Shown piece by piece: positions 10,603 to 20,981 of a stretch of DNA of 64,000 nucleotides. This DNA comes from Candidatus Woesebacteria bacterium (lineage in GTDB: Bacteria; Patescibacteriota; Microgenomatia; UBA1400; UBA1396). Under the pieces are notes generated by a model that saw only the letters and a program-made list of their open reading frames with translations, did not search any database and had not been told where the DNA came from. Positions within the stretch are counted from its first letter, which is position 1; each line of letters opens with the position of its first letter. The stretch covers positions 10,214 through 74,213 of the forward strand of contig JAJOJK010000005.1 in the NCBI GenBank assembly GCA_021208605.1, given 5' to 3'. A program made the position numbers and the translations under genes.

Positions 10603-10960
10603 TTCCTTCATTTCTGAACTCTTTTTCGCTGTCAGCGCCCTGGTACTGATGATCTTTTTGCTGAATCCGCTGAACATTCTCATGCCGAGTCAATTTGAAA
10701 TGATGGTTTCGGTGGGATTGCTCATCGTCTTGAGCCTCTTTGCCCATTTCTTCTGGAAAGAGCATTCGTATGATGAGCGGGCCCAACTGCACCGTTTTAT
10801 TGTGAATCGCTATTCGTACCTGGTGGGGTGCTTCATTCTGACTCTCGGCGTGATCTGGCAGAGTTTCCAGCACGCACTCGACCCTATTCTTATTCTTGCC
10901 CTCGGTTCCATGATTCTTGCCAAAGTGATTGGCTCGCTCATTGCCGAGTGGAAACACTAA
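10589..10960 (+). CDS. Small 4-TM membrane protein (DUF2178-like)
   Basis: Four hydrophobic segments around a DER motif; overlaps the XRE gene stop. Confidence 0.75.
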   Translation: MMPRNSFISELFFAVSALVLMIFLLNPLNILMPSQFEMMVSVGLLIVLSLFAHFFWKEHSYDERAQLHRFIVNRYSYLVGCFILTLGVIWQSFQHALDPILILALGSMILAKVIGSLIAEWKH

Positions 10961-10976
10961 AACAGAAGGGACTCCA

Positions 10977-12731
10977 GTGATACTCCTTGTAATTTTTGCC
11001 TTTTTAGCCGGAATCGTCACGGTTCTCTCGCCGTGTATTCTGCCGGTGCTGCCGATCGTTTTGTCCGGCTCGGTCACCGGTGGAAAGCAGCGGCCACTCG
11101 GGATTATGACCGGTTTCGTGCTCAGCTTTACCTTTTTCACTCTGTTTTTATCAACCATAGTACGCGCTACCGGCATCTCAGCGGAAGTCTTGCGAAATGT
11201 TTCCATTGTCATTATTGGCGTCTTTGGTCTCTTCTTGCTTTTTCCGCAAGCGCAGGCGTTGTTTGAAAAACTCTTTCAACAGCTGGCACGTTTCAGCCCC
11301 CAGCAAACTGGTGATGGATTTGGCAGTGGACTCCTCGTTGGCTTGAGTTTAGGGCTGCTGTGGACACCCTGTGTGGGTCCAATTTTGGCCGCCATTATCA
11401 GTCTGGCGCTGTCTGGAACAGTTACTGGATCAGCCGTATTTATTACAGTGGCATATGCAGTTGGAACCGCACTACCGATGACCGCCATTATTTATGGTGG
11501 CCGGAACCTACTGAATCGAATTCCGTGGCTACTCAATAATACGGCTCGAATTCAACGCGGATTTGGGGTGGTCATGATCTTGACCGCGCTGGCTATTTTT
11601 ATGAACTGGGATCGCCAATTCCAAACGTGGGTTTTGACGCAGTTTCCACAGTACGGCACCGGCCTCACACAATTTGAGGATATTGAAATTATCCACGATC
11701 AACTCGATCGACTCCAACCAGGCAACCAAGATGAAAACTCCGCCCCAATGGGAAAACCACTGTTCGAAATGCAAGGCAACACCCAAACTCTACCGCAACT
11801 GGGCGCAGCTCCCGAAATAATTCCTGGCGGACAATGGTTTAACTCAGAACCGCTCACATTGCAAGCACTCGAGAACGAAAACAAAGTTGTACTCATTGAT
11901 TTTTGGACCTACAGCTGCATCAACTGTATTCGCACGCTGCCATATCTCAAAGAGTGGCATGAGAAGTACAGCGATCAAGGCTTGGTTATCATCGGCGTCC
12001 ACGCTCCGGAATTCGAGTTCGAAAAAGATGCAAAAAACGTTGCCGAAGCCATTGCTGATTTCGAGATTCAGTACCCGGTCGTGCAAGACAACGACTTTGC
12101 CACTTGGCGCGCCTACAACAACCGCTACTGGCCAGCAAAGTACCTCATCGATGCCAACGGAGTTATTCGCTACACGCATTTCGGCGAAGGCGAGTACGCC
12201 GAAACCGAAAACGCTATTCGTGAACTGTTGGGAGAAGAACCAATGGCAACTACCACTACAGCTGAACAACCAACTCGTCGTCGCCAAACACCAGAGCTGT
12301 ATCTTGGCTATGGTCGCGCGAGTGCCTATGTGCAGGCCGAACAACTCCGTTTTGACGCCACCACCGAACTCTCCGCGACCGGAACCTTGCCCGAAGAAAG
12401 CGTTGAACTCGATGGGTCATGGTATTTAGCCGAAGAATACATCCTGTCGTCTGAAAACGAAGCCACCCTCTCGTTGAACTTTTTAGCTTCGGAAGTATTT
12501 CTGGTCTTGGAAAGCACTGCTGGACCACAGACGGTGCAAGTACTGCTCGATGGCAAACCTCTCCCAGAAAAGTACATGACAGCTGATATGTCGGAGCCAG
12601 GAGTACTTGTCGTCGACGAAGCCAGAAAATACGACATCGTGGATCTTGGTGAAGACTACGGACGTCACACGCTCACACTGAAATTTGCTGCAGGTATACA
12701 GGCCTTCGCCTTTACATTTGGGTCGAACTAA
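10977..12731 (+). CDS. dipZ: DipZ-type CcdA/DsbD-thioredoxin fusion
   Basis: LSPCILP and WTPCVGP TM cysteines, [10 protein letters not shown] thioredoxin site, NRYWPA; GTG start after GAAGGGA. Confidence 0.92.
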   Translation: MILLVIFAFLAGIVTVLSPCILPVLPIVLSGSVTGGKQRPLGIMTGFVLSFTFFTLFLSTIVRATGISAEVLRNVSIVIIGVFGLFLLFPQAQALFEKLFQQLARFSPQQTGDGFGSGLLVGLSLGLLWTPCVGPILAAIISLALSGTVTGSAVFITVAYAVGTALPMTAIIYGGRNLLNRIPWLLNNTARIQRGFGVVMILTALAIFMNWDRQFQTWVLTQFPQYGTGLTQFEDIEIIHDQLDRLQPGNQDENSAPMGKPLFEMQGNTQTLPQLGAAPEIIPGGQWFNSEPLTLQALENENKVVLIDFWTYSCINCIRTLPYLKEWHEKYSDQGLVIIGVHAPEFEFEKDAKNVAEAIADFEIQYPVVQDNDFATWRAYNNRYWPAKYLIDANGVIRYTHFGEGEYAETENAIRELLGEEPMATTTTAEQPTRRRQTPELYLGYGRASAYVQAEQLRFDATTELSATGTLPEESVELDGSWYLAEEYILSSENEATLSLNFLASEVFLVLESTAGPQTVQVLLDGKPLPEKYMTADMSEPGVLVVDEARKYDIVDLGEDYGRHTLTLKFAAGIQAFAFTFGSN

Positions 12732-12972
12732 AACCGGCCACCAACGCTTCTTTTTCTGAGCGGGGTATTTTTTTGAGTGCGGCCTCGCGGGTTGCAGCGG
12801 ACGATCGATCGCTACACTCTTCCCAGTAGCGAATCGTAACCGGTAAACGGCTGCGCGTATACTTTGCGCCCTTGCCAGCATTGTGCGTGGCAACACGCTT
12901 CTCGACATCATTCGTTGATCCGGTGTAGAGCGTGCCATCTGCACACTCCACCATGTATACGTACCAGGCCAT
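12712..12972 (-). CDS. GIY-YIG nuclease (YhbQ/UPF0213-like)
   Basis: [17 protein letters not shown]...[11 protein letters not shown]. Confidence 0.92.
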   Translation of the reverse strand: MAWYVYMVECADGTLYTGSTNDVEKRVATHNAGKGAKYTRSRLPVTIRYWEECSDRSSAATREAALKKIPRSEKEALVAGFSSTQM

Positions 12973-13000
12973 GCTTCCAGTGTACGCTATGATAGTAAGC

Positions 13001-13909
13001 ATGACACCTCGCATCGGCTGGACGTACTCCCTGAATCAAGCCGAGTGGCTCGCACTCGATCCTTGGGAGAGTTTTACCACGCTACTTTCTTGGCACCCAG
13101 ATATCATTCGCCTTGGCGTGCACTGGTCAGAGACAGAAGTTTCATCTGGTAAGTATGATTTTTCGCGCATTGAACGACTCCTCAAGATGTGCACCGACGC
13201 CAAACAAAAAGTTTTATTGACCGTTGGTATGAAAGCCCCACGCTGGCCAGAATTTTATTTTCCGGAGCACATTACTCCCAATCCACACGATCCAGAAACC
13301 CAAGCTGCGGCACTGACTTTCTTAAAACAATCCGTCCGACACTTACAAAAATTTGACTGCATCTCTCACTGGCAAGTGGAAAACGAGCCCTTCGATCCGA
13401 GTGGACCTGATAACCACGTCATTCCTGATGACTTTCTGTGCCAAGAGTGTGAACTCGTGCGGACTTTGGATTCGCGACCAATAGTAGTAAATTTGTGGGG
13501 GAATGATGTGTTGGCGCGCGGCCGATGGCCGCGCGCCAACACCCTCGCCGATATCACCGGACTCGACCTCTACTACAAACAACACCTCTTCTCTGCACTC
13601 GGCAAAGATCTTTACCGCGGTCCCAGCCAAAGTAATACGGCCCTGGCCCGCGCCATCAATCAGTTCCATAAACCTGTGTGGATCATCGAGCTCCAAGCCG
13701 AGCCGTGGGAAAAAGACGGTCCGAGTTTTCGTCAGGAAAATCCACCTAGCATGAATCTGGCTCACTTGGAAAAGAATCTGGATCGCGCACTGAAGCTCCC
13801 GGTAGAATGCATTTTGCTCTGGGGTGCAGAATACTGGCTCTGGAAAAAAGAAACCAGCCTACCGCAGCGCATCGCCGCTCGCCAACAGGCCGCTTCCGCG
13901 TTACACTAA
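13001..13909 (+). CDS. Clan GH-A glycoside hydrolase-like protein
   Basis: [24 protein letters not shown] (acid/base) and IELQAEPW (nucleophile) motifs. Confidence 0.75.
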   Translation: MTPRIGWTYSLNQAEWLALDPWESFTTLLSWHPDIIRLGVHWSETEVSSGKYDFSRIERLLKMCTDAKQKVLLTVGMKAPRWPEFYFPEHITPNPHDPETQAAALTFLKQSVRHLQKFDCISHWQVENEPFDPSGPDNHVIPDDFLCQECELVRTLDSRPIVVNLWGNDVLARGRWPRANTLADITGLDLYYKQHLFSALGKDLYRGPSQSNTALARAINQFHKPVWIIELQAEPWEKDGPSFRQENPPSMNLAHLEKNLDRALKLPVECILLWGAEYWLWKKETSLPQRIAARQQAASALH

Positions 13910-13915
13910 GCACCT

Positions 13916-14401
13916 ATGTCGCATCAGCTGCATCACACCGAGGAGAGAATTCTCTTTACTTCAGAAGAGTTGACACGAATGGAAAAACGCATTCGTGAGC
14001 TACTGCAACTCAAAAAAGAAACCAAAGAGCGCGTTAAAATCGCACGCGAGATGGGTGATCTTTCAGAAAACGGAGCCTACAAATACGGTAAATTTGAACT
14101 GGGAAATATCAATCGCGAACTACGGCGACTCAACTACTTAGTCGAGCATGCGGAACTCATCCATCAAAAAGACCACTACGATTCTATCGAACTCGGTGCC
14201 ACTTTCACATTGGAAAGTGACGGCGCCCCCATCACGTTTACGCTCGTGAACGAGCATGAGTCGGATCCCGCCAAAAAGAAACTCTCCGACAAAAGCCCTC
14301 TCGGCCAGGCAGCTCTTGGCAAAAGAATTGGCGAGACAGTAACACTCACCACACCCCGCGGCACGACTCAATACGTCGTCACCAGCATCGGCGCGGCGTA
14401 A
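13916..14401 (+). CDS. greA: Transcription elongation factor GreA
   Basis: AREMGDLSENGAY, SPLGQAALGK and TPRG motifs. Confidence 0.92.
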   Translation: MSHQLHHTEERILFTSEELTRMEKRIRELLQLKKETKERVKIAREMGDLSENGAYKYGKFELGNINRELRRLNYLVEHAELIHQKDHYDSIELGATFTLESDGAPITFTLVNEHESDPAKKKLSDKSPLGQAALGKRIGETVTLTTPRGTTQYVVTSIGAA

Positions 14402-14429
14402 GCAAAATAAAAAAGATTCTCAGGAAAAA

Positions 14430-14585
14430 CTAGCGTTCGCCTTTGCGGCGGCTCAACATGTTCTTTTGACCACCTGCATTCTGCGCACCTGGGCGAACAT
14501 TCTGTTTACCGCCCATTCGAGCCATGGAAACGTGTTCCCGCTGCTCTTTCTTCTTGGATGATTTTTTGGTATCTAAGTACCCCAT
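14430..14585 (-). CDS. Small basic hypothetical protein (51 aa)
   Basis: GAAAGG SD-like site and TACAAT upstream; Lys/Arg/Gly-rich. Confidence 0.55.
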   Translation of the reverse strand: MGYLDTKKSSKKKEQREHVSMARMGGKQNVRPGAQNAGGQKNMLSRRKGER

Positions 14586-14632
14586 AGACCTTTCAGTTGT
14601 GGAGTCTATTGTACAGCACACTCAGCAAAAAA

Positions 14633-16437
14633 CTACCAACTTCCGCCACCACCACCACCGCCTCCGCCGCCGGAGAAACCACCAGAAAATCCAGATCCGG
14701 AGCTATAGCTCCCAGAACTCGGGTTATACGATAATGACTGCGTGGCCGTTTGCGAAAACGAGTCGACAAAATCAGACGATGAAAAGGCATACGCGCTCGC
14801 CACCGGTAAATACTCTGGAGCCGTAACTTGGAGCGCTTCCATATCCTTGGACAGCTTTTTCACCACGCCAAACGCCACCGCAAACGGAAATACTTCTTCA
14901 ATAAACAAATGCTTTTCTTGAATTTCTTGTCGCCATGCGCCCGCTTGGATCATGCGCTGCAAACCTTTGGCTCGCCACATGGCATTGCGGCCCCTGGCCG
15001 TTTTGGCTGACATCACGCTTGCAAACAGAAAACTGGCCGCAACAGAACCGGCCATAATTGGTAATCCCAAAATGATTCCTTTTTGAAACAGAAAAATACT
15101 CGCCAATATCGACAAAAAAGACAACACTGCCGCCGCACCAAAAGCCAAGCCACGTACCTGCTGTGGATTACCGCGGAAGTAGTTTTCTGTTGCCAAAGAA
15201 GTGAAAATTTTGCTGCGCACTTTCTCGAAATGGGTGTAAAAACTGCCTTTCAAATCTCAAGCTTCACCGACTCCACTTCTTTGTCAAACAAATGCGTAAA
15301 CAAATATTCTTGGTGTTCTGGGAGTTTTTTGGCCGCAGCAAAAGATTTCAGGCGCACAAGCGTGTACTCCCGTTTTTTCCCAAGCAATTGCTTCTTTTCA
15401 GTTTGCTCGATGCGCAGATATTTTCTTCGAGCCAAGTCGATTATTTCGGCAATAACATCTTGGTTGTCGACCCGCTCATCGAGAAGCGCGCCGGCTTGTC
15501 CCGGAGTCAGATCGGTATGCGGTTCATACACAAACGGCGGACGGCGGAAAGAAATCAGCGGCGCCCAGCGTTGCGGTTTGTCTTCGCCGTCATCACCAGC
15601 AAACACGTTCCAAGAAGTAAACTCTCGGTCGCGACCACGATACCACCACGCTCCTGCTAGCGCCAAACCTGGCAACACTACTGGAATCAACAAAAGATTA
15701 TCTTGCAGCCATTGCCAGAGGCGTTCCCACCACGAAGGCAACACCCAGGCACCGGCGGGATCAAACGCCACCGCTACAGTCATGTTGTCGCCATAGGAAA
15801 TGGTATCAGGATAGGTCAGCGTAACGGCATGAGCTTCGCGACGATCAATCGAACACAGCCCGTCATCGCTGCCAAATTTGCCGCTGTAACAAGCAACATC
15901 AGTAATTGTCGCCGATGGTGACTGGATGGTGGCCGCCACACTGGCAATATCAACCTGCCAGCCCTCACCAGTAATATCCCAATACAGTTCTGGCCGAGCG
16001 GGGGAATTTTCGTCCACTGAAATATTTTGAAGTGCATCATCAATTTCGTACTGAATTACATACGTTTTACGACCAGTAAAGGTAGTATCTGGATCGCCAA
16101 TTTTCCAGGTAATGTTGCCACTGTCCCAGGATTGTTCGTAGGGAATGGGAGTTCCGAGTTCATCGGTAATTGACTCCACACGCACATGGGCCGTCTGGCT
16201 CCAGCCACTGCGCACATATTCCGTAGGTACATACCGATAAATGCCGTGTTTCTGCTGATCGGTTTCATACTGAATCGTTTCAGTGATCTGGATCGATCCA
16301 TCTGGTTGGACCACAATATCAGACGAAAATTGGTGAATCCGCTCTGCAGCCAGCAAGGGAGATGCCGTCACAAAAAACAGTAGCAGAAATAAAAGACTCA
16401 GAACTGTTTTTTGTACTGCTAAACGGAATGCGCGCAT
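14633..16437 (-). CDS. DUF2207 membrane protein, split by a 1-nt frameshift near 15255
   Basis: ERIHQF...ITETI...HGIYR, LYWDITGEGW, AVAFGV and C-terminal GGGGGGSW motifs; the two ORFs join as VKL-x-DLKGSF. Confidence 0.85.
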
Positions 16438-16490
16438 ATGCGTATCTTATACCGTTTTAACCCGCAACTCTAGTTTGCACGGCACAAAAA

Positions 16491-16865
16491 TTACCACCGC
16501 ACGATATGCGTGATATTAAAACCAGACTCCAACAGACGAATGGCTTTGCCCAGTTCGTACTGTGACAGCGTCGAGTGGTATTTCGTTTGCGACATATCGC
16601 CAGTGTAGTTCGCCTCGAGAGCGGGAATTGCTTGAGCATCGCCTAACTGACCCAGAGACCAGACCGCATCATTGCGATCGGTAAAAGAGGCGGCTTCATC
16701 ATCAAGTTCGGCTGACAAGGCGGCGACGCAGTCGCCGCCGTACCGCGCCACAGCTTCCTGACAATTTTCTTCCACTACATACCCGATCCATACGCTGCTC
16801 ACCACAAACACCAGGAAAAACAACGTTCCGGCCAGGCTGACCAAGAATAAGAGCTTATTTTTCAT
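16491..16865 (-). CDS. Membrane-anchored HEAT-repeat-like small protein
   Basis: N-terminal TM, RNDAVWSLGQLGDAQAIPAL, two Cys; GAGGAGG SD; coupled to the XRE gene. Confidence 0.7.
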   Translation of the reverse strand: MKNKLLFLVSLAGTLFFLVFVVSSVWIGYVVEENCQEAVARYGGDCVAALSAELDDEAASFTDRNDAVWSLGQLGDAQAIPALEANYTGDMSQTKYHSTLSQYELGKAIRLLESGFNITHIVRW

Positions 16866-17049
16866 ACTGAAATACCTCCTCGACATCTTTCTGAAAGAGA
16901 CGCGCGATTTTAAAAGCCAACTCCAACGATGGCACATACTTATTTTTTTCGATCGACAAAATAGTCTGCCGCGTCACACCCACCGCTTGGGCCAAATCTT
17001 CCTGGGTCATATCACGACCCGCCCGCAGGATTTTAATCGTATTGTGCAT
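16855..17049 (-). CDS. XRE-family HTH transcriptional regulator
   Basis: MTQEDLAQAVGVTRQTILSIEKNKYVPSLELAFKIA; AAGGAG SD. Confidence 0.93.
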   Translation of the reverse strand: MHNTIKILRAGRDMTQEDLAQAVGVTRQTILSIEKNKYVPSLELAFKIARLFQKDVEEVFQYEK

Positions 17050-17058
17050 AGCCACTCC

Positions 17059-17436
17059 TTACAACTGCTCCTGTCTATAGAGATAGAAGAAGAGGGTGTA
17101 CAAGGCAATCATTGCCAAAGCAATGTAGCTCATGAGCGTTCCCAACGAGCGCAGGTAGGGTTGTTCGGGAAGAAACATCAAGAACAAGGACACACTGGCG
17201 AGTGAAATAGCCATAATGGCATAGCTCATCTGCGCTGCTTTCCCGGCAATTTGCTGCATCATTTCGTCAGTAGTCTGAACGTGCAAGCGCTTGCGCGCCA
17301 GCCAGAGGACACTCATTCCGGTGGCAATACCAAAGGCAGCCAGCCAGAAAGCATTCAATGACACCGCTACTGAAGTGAGCGCTGCCACGTAGACAGCAGT
17401 TACAATGCGAATATTGCGATAGGTTATGTATTTCAT
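17059..17436 (-). CDS. DUF2178-like 4-TM membrane protein
   Basis: Four TM segments with TDEMMQQIAGKAA; adjacent to the XRE gene. Confidence 0.78.
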   Translation of the reverse strand: MKYITYRNIRIVTAVYVAALTSVAVSLNAFWLAAFGIATGMSVLWLARKRLHVQTTDEMMQQIAGKAAQMSYAIMAISLASVSLFLMFLPEQPYLRSLGTLMSYIALAMIALYTLFFYLYRQEQL

Positions 17437-17442
17437 ATCGCT

Positions 17443-17483
17443 ATTGTAAATTATTTATTACATTTTGTAAAGTATTTTTTACT
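17443..17483 (-). promoter_or_regulatory. Promoter (-10 TACAAT) with two tandem imperfect TGTAAA-N6-TTTACA operators
   Basis: TGTAAATTATTTATTACA (17445-17462) and TGTAAAGTATTTTTTACT (17466-17483), 21 bp apart. Confidence 0.62.
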
Positions 17484-17523
17484 TTTCATGCAAAAGAAAA
17501 GCCATCAAATGTAAAAAAAGCGG

Positions 17524-17703
17524 TTATATCTGCCACATTTCGAGGAGCTTATACATCAGAAAAGCAGGCCAAAAGAGCGCTTTTCCGATTCCCCACAGTC
17601 CATCAATAAAACTGCTGGCATGGGTGAGATAGTAGATCAAAGCACCTACGACGCCAAGTCCGTAGACGGCATCCCCACCGGAGTTACAAAAATTTTTTGA
17701 CAT
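17524..17703 (-). CDS. 59-aa membrane microprotein (below the ORF-track cutoff)
   Basis: MSKNFCNSGGDAVYGLGVVGALIYYLTHASSFIDGLWGIGKALFWPAFLMYKLLEMWQI*; TAAGCT box 6 nt upstream. Confidence 0.75.
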   Translation of the reverse strand: MSKNFCNSGGDAVYGLGVVGALIYYLTHASSFIDGLWGIGKALFWPAFLMYKLLEMWQI

Positions 17704-17742
17704 ACTTTTAGCTTACGCTTACGGAAAAAAGAAAGCAATATC

Positions 17743-18930
17743 TTAACTTTTTCGCTGCCAGTGAACGACACTGTACCCGGCATTTTTATCACGATCTTGT
17801 AAAACGAAGGCCTTGTTTTTGGCATTCGCCTCTAACAAGCGTGTCATGGTGGTTGAAGAAGAAGCCAGTACGGCCGTTCCTTTGGACGCCACCAACTCTG
17901 CCAACTGCGCCACACTCCAGGTTGCTTGTTCCATACTCATTTTTTCGGGGAATCTTCCAATAATGGCTTCTACTGGCTCGTCACTCGACCAGCCAACTTG
18001 GTGATGAATGGTGGCCGAAAAACCGTTTTGCTGCAGATTCTGTTGAGTGGTTTGGAGCGCAAGCACATCTCGATCGAAAATATGCATGGCTCGTGGTTGC
18101 CAGGTTTTTTGCGTGGCCAGCGCGAGATGCCCTTGGCGCGGTCCGAGTACGCCAACGGCAGAAAAACGAGTTTTTATTCGCTTGAGGAATTTTAAGAGGA
18201 GTTTCGTGTCGTGTCCGAGTTGATCAAATTCAGGCAGATCGTAGCTGACATCCAAACCAAACTTCTTTCCTTGGAAAGCATAAAAACTGCGATCTCTGTA
18301 GAAAACACCACGCACAAAAGCACTTTCTTGCGGCTGACCCACGGCTCCGACAAATCGATAGTGATAGACGTGATGTCCGGGCCAATGGCGATGGTAGGTG
18401 ATTTCCACCGTCTCATTAGTAATCAAAACCTGTTCGACAAACTCAGCGATTGGATCGACTACCACAATGGCTACCAGGCCATCTGGGGCCAGATGTGCAC
18501 GGGCATCCAACAGCATATGTTTCAGTACGGACTCGCCCACTTTGGCCGGGATATTGGAGACAATTAAATCAAAATCGGTGTCAGGAACAGAGTCATAGCC
18601 CAGACTGGCTGTGGTTTGGATTTGGACGGCGTTTTCGGCCGCGTTCCATTGGGTGAACTCGAGTGCCAGAGCGTCGCGATCGGCGCAGGTCACTCTGCTC
18701 TCTGGACGCAATTTTTGCAAAACAATTCCCAGTGGCCCATAGCCACACCCGAGGTCTAAAACTTTGGTGTAATTATCCACTTTCGCAAACAAAAGTGACC
18801 GTAGCAAACGCTGTGTACCATGATCGACCTGTTGTGAACTAAATAATTCTTGTGAGACATGAAAACTGAAATCAGTATTCCGGAAATGGAAGGGTATTTG
18901 TTTTTTGACAAAAACGTCGCGGAAAGTCAT
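17743..18930 (-). CDS. Class I SAM methyltransferase, RsmC-like, with a duplicated domain
   Basis: FSSQQVDHGT, VLDLGCGYG and FDLIVSNIP motifs; a degenerate second MTase repeat. Confidence 0.82.
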   Translation of the reverse strand: MTFRDVFVKKQIPFHFRNTDFSFHVSQELFSSQQVDHGTQRLLRSLLFAKVDNYTKVLDLGCGYGPLGIVLQKLRPESRVTCADRDALALEFTQWNAAENAVQIQTTASLGYDSVPDTDFDLIVSNIPAKVGESVLKHMLLDARAHLAPDGLVAIVVVDPIAEFVEQVLITNETVEITYHRHWPGHHVYHYRFVGAVGQPQESAFVRGVFYRDRSFYAFQGKKFGLDVSYDLPEFDQLGHDTKLLLKFLKRIKTRFSAVGVLGPRQGHLALATQKTWQPRAMHIFDRDVLALQTTQQNLQQNGFSATIHHQVGWSSDEPVEAIIGRFPEKMSMEQATWSVAQLAELVASKGTAVLASSSTTMTRLLEANAKNKAFVLQDRDKNAGYSVVHWQRKS

Positions 18931-18953
18931 GTCAGTATTGTAGCAAGCTACGG

Positions 18954-19346
18954 CTAGAGATAGCGGATGTAGACGTGGACCTCATCACCATCCACTTGCG
19001 TCTTGTCGAGAAATGTAAAGCCTGAACGTTCGATGTTGGTACGAGAGGCATAATTGTGTGGATGAACAACTACCAACACATTGCTAGCCCGCCCCTGAAT
19101 ATACTCCACCCGCTCCTCAATCAGCCGGCGCTGTAATCCCTGGCCACGATACTCTGGCTTCACCACGCATCCTTGCAAAAACCAATGCCCTTTGTGCCAC
19201 TTCAAAGTGGCCGCCGCTTGTAAAATAGCTTGCGCAAAAATGCCGAAATAAACGAATGTGTTGTCAGGAGTTTGCTTGAACTCTCGAAAATACATTTCTT
19301 CAATTTCACGATGATACTGCACTAAAAGTTCTGGATGTAAGATCAT
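18954..19346 (-). CDS. GNAT N-acetyltransferase
   Basis: VKPEYRGQGLQRRL and NYASRTNIERSGF motifs. Confidence 0.85.
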   Translation of the reverse strand: MILHPELLVQYHREIEEMYFREFKQTPDNTFVYFGIFAQAILQAAATLKWHKGHWFLQGCVVKPEYRGQGLQRRLIEERVEYIQGRASNVLVVVHPHNYASRTNIERSGFTFLDKTQVDGDEVHVYIRYL

Positions 19347-19415
19347 AAATGAGGGGCGTAGTATAGCATTCTCCTCCCTCTTGCCGAATAAGAGATTCTC
19401 TATCACAATGATGGC

Positions 19416-20936
19416 ATGCATCGAGCACTCTCCGGCCTCAAAAAAATAAGTTTTTTCGAAGGAAGTTTGCTCATTTTATTGGTGTTGATATGGATACTGC
19501 TCAGCAACCACTTATGGCATGGCGATATTCTTTTTCATACTGATTTAGCACGTGACTTCCTCGTGCTCGACGAAATGGTAACTACTCAAAATCCGACTTT
19601 GATTGGTCCGCGCTCAGGTGGTATTCCTGGCGTCTTTCATGGCCCGCTGTGGTACTACCTGAGTTTGGTTCCATTTATTGCCACTGGCGGAAATCCTGTT
19701 GGCATGGGCTGGTTTTGGTGGACTTTAGGGGTGTTCGGCGCGATTGTTTTTTTACTCACCACATATCGACTCACGAAAAATGTGCCGGCGAGTCTCCTCG
19801 GTACTATTGCCTTTTCGCTGTATATCCTGCCGCAAGCGGCGTCACCGGTAAATAATTACCTGGCTGATATCTTTAGCTTTTTGGTCTTTGCGGTGTGGGT
19901 CCTGTGGTGGCAGGAAACGGATATTCGCTGGGCGGCTCTTGGCTGGTTCGGCTTGGGATTGTTGGTCCAGTTCCAAATGGCATTTGCGGTACCGATTGCG
20001 GTAATCTGGTTCCCAGCTTTTGTTTTTTGGCTCGTCAAGCAAAAGAAGTATCGACAGTTTTCAACCGCATTCCTGTTTGGGCTGCCGCTACTCAGTTTTG
20101 TCCTCTTTGATGTTCGGCATGACTGGCTGCAAGTCCGATCCGTGCTGACGTATATCAGCGAACCGTCGGCCTCCGAGATCTCACTCCCAATGCGGCTCTG
20201 GCAACGGCTGGTCTCAGCCCTCACTGACGGACTCAATGTGTTTCGCTTCCCACCCATTTTGGCCGTTTTGCCAGTAGTTACACTGGGTGCACTCGGTTGG
20301 ATGTCGAAGAATACACTGATCCGAACTGCGTTATTGATGTTTGCCTGGTGGTATGCAGGCTGGTGGCTGATGGCACTGGGTTTTTCAGGTACGGTATGGG
20401 TGTATTACTTTAGCCCCTTCGCGGGAATTGTGTTCTTGGTATCCGCTCTCATCGCCAACCACTCAAAATGGGGAACCTATGGGCTAGCCGGACTTGTTTT
20501 CTGGATGCTTCTGGCCAGCAGAAGCAATTTTTTCTACTCACCGAAACAGTTTGATGGTTCTTCTTGGAGTCTGCTCTCACACATAGCTGATGAAGCCCTC
20601 GCGAAACCTGGCCGGGGCTACTTTGTATATTCACAAGATCAGTTTGCCTACTCTTTAAAATATGCCTTCGCGTACTCTGCTAAGAGTCATTCTGCGACGG
20701 ATGTCTTTGCTTTCCAGAAACGACCAGAGACCGTGTTAGTGAAAGCCCCTGATGACCCGCGCAATCCTTACGCCACTTCACAAGACTGGCAGGAAAATAA
20801 GCTCTCTATTCAAGAAGAACCAGACTCTGTGCAAGAATTTCCGTTTGGCTACCGCATGGAACTCTACTCACTCGATGCCGCAACCATCGCGAAACCCATC
20901 GACCCAAATTTAATTTTGGATTTGCACTTTCGGTGA
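19416..20936 (+). CDS. GT-C-like multi-TM membrane protein (putative glycosyltransferase)
   Basis: FHTDLARD...LIGPRS...FHGPLWYY; many TMs. Confidence 0.75.
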   Translation: MHRALSGLKKISFFEGSLLILLVLIWILLSNHLWHGDILFHTDLARDFLVLDEMVTTQNPTLIGPRSGGIPGVFHGPLWYYLSLVPFIATGGNPVGMGWFWWTLGVFGAIVFLLTTYRLTKNVPASLLGTIAFSLYILPQAASPVNNYLADIFSFLVFAVWVLWWQETDIRWAALGWFGLGLLVQFQMAFAVPIAVIWFPAFVFWLVKQKKYRQFSTAFLFGLPLLSFVLFDVRHDWLQVRSVLTYISEPSASEISLPMRLWQRLVSALTDGLNVFRFPPILAVLPVVTLGALGWMSKNTLIRTALLMFAWWYAGWWLMALGFSGTVWVYYFSPFAGIVFLVSALIANHSKWGTYGLAGLVFWMLLASRSNFFYSPKQFDGSSWSLLSHIADEALAKPGRGYFVYSQDQFAYSLKYAFAYSAKSHSATDVFAFQKRPETVLVKAPDDPRNPYATSQDWQENKLSIQEEPDSVQEFPFGYRMELYSLDAATIAKPIDPNLILDLHFR

Positions 20937-20981
20937 GGAAAAACAATCAAAGTAGAACGCGTTCTCGACTATAATACTCAA

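Noticed and set aside
12712-12972. GIY-YIG gene as a homing or mobile endonuclease
   Set aside because: Stand-alone 86-aa YhbQ-type protein with no intron context or DNA-binding extension.
14633-14710. GGC/GGT repeat tract
   Set aside because: Encodes the normal Gly-rich tail of DUF2207 proteins.
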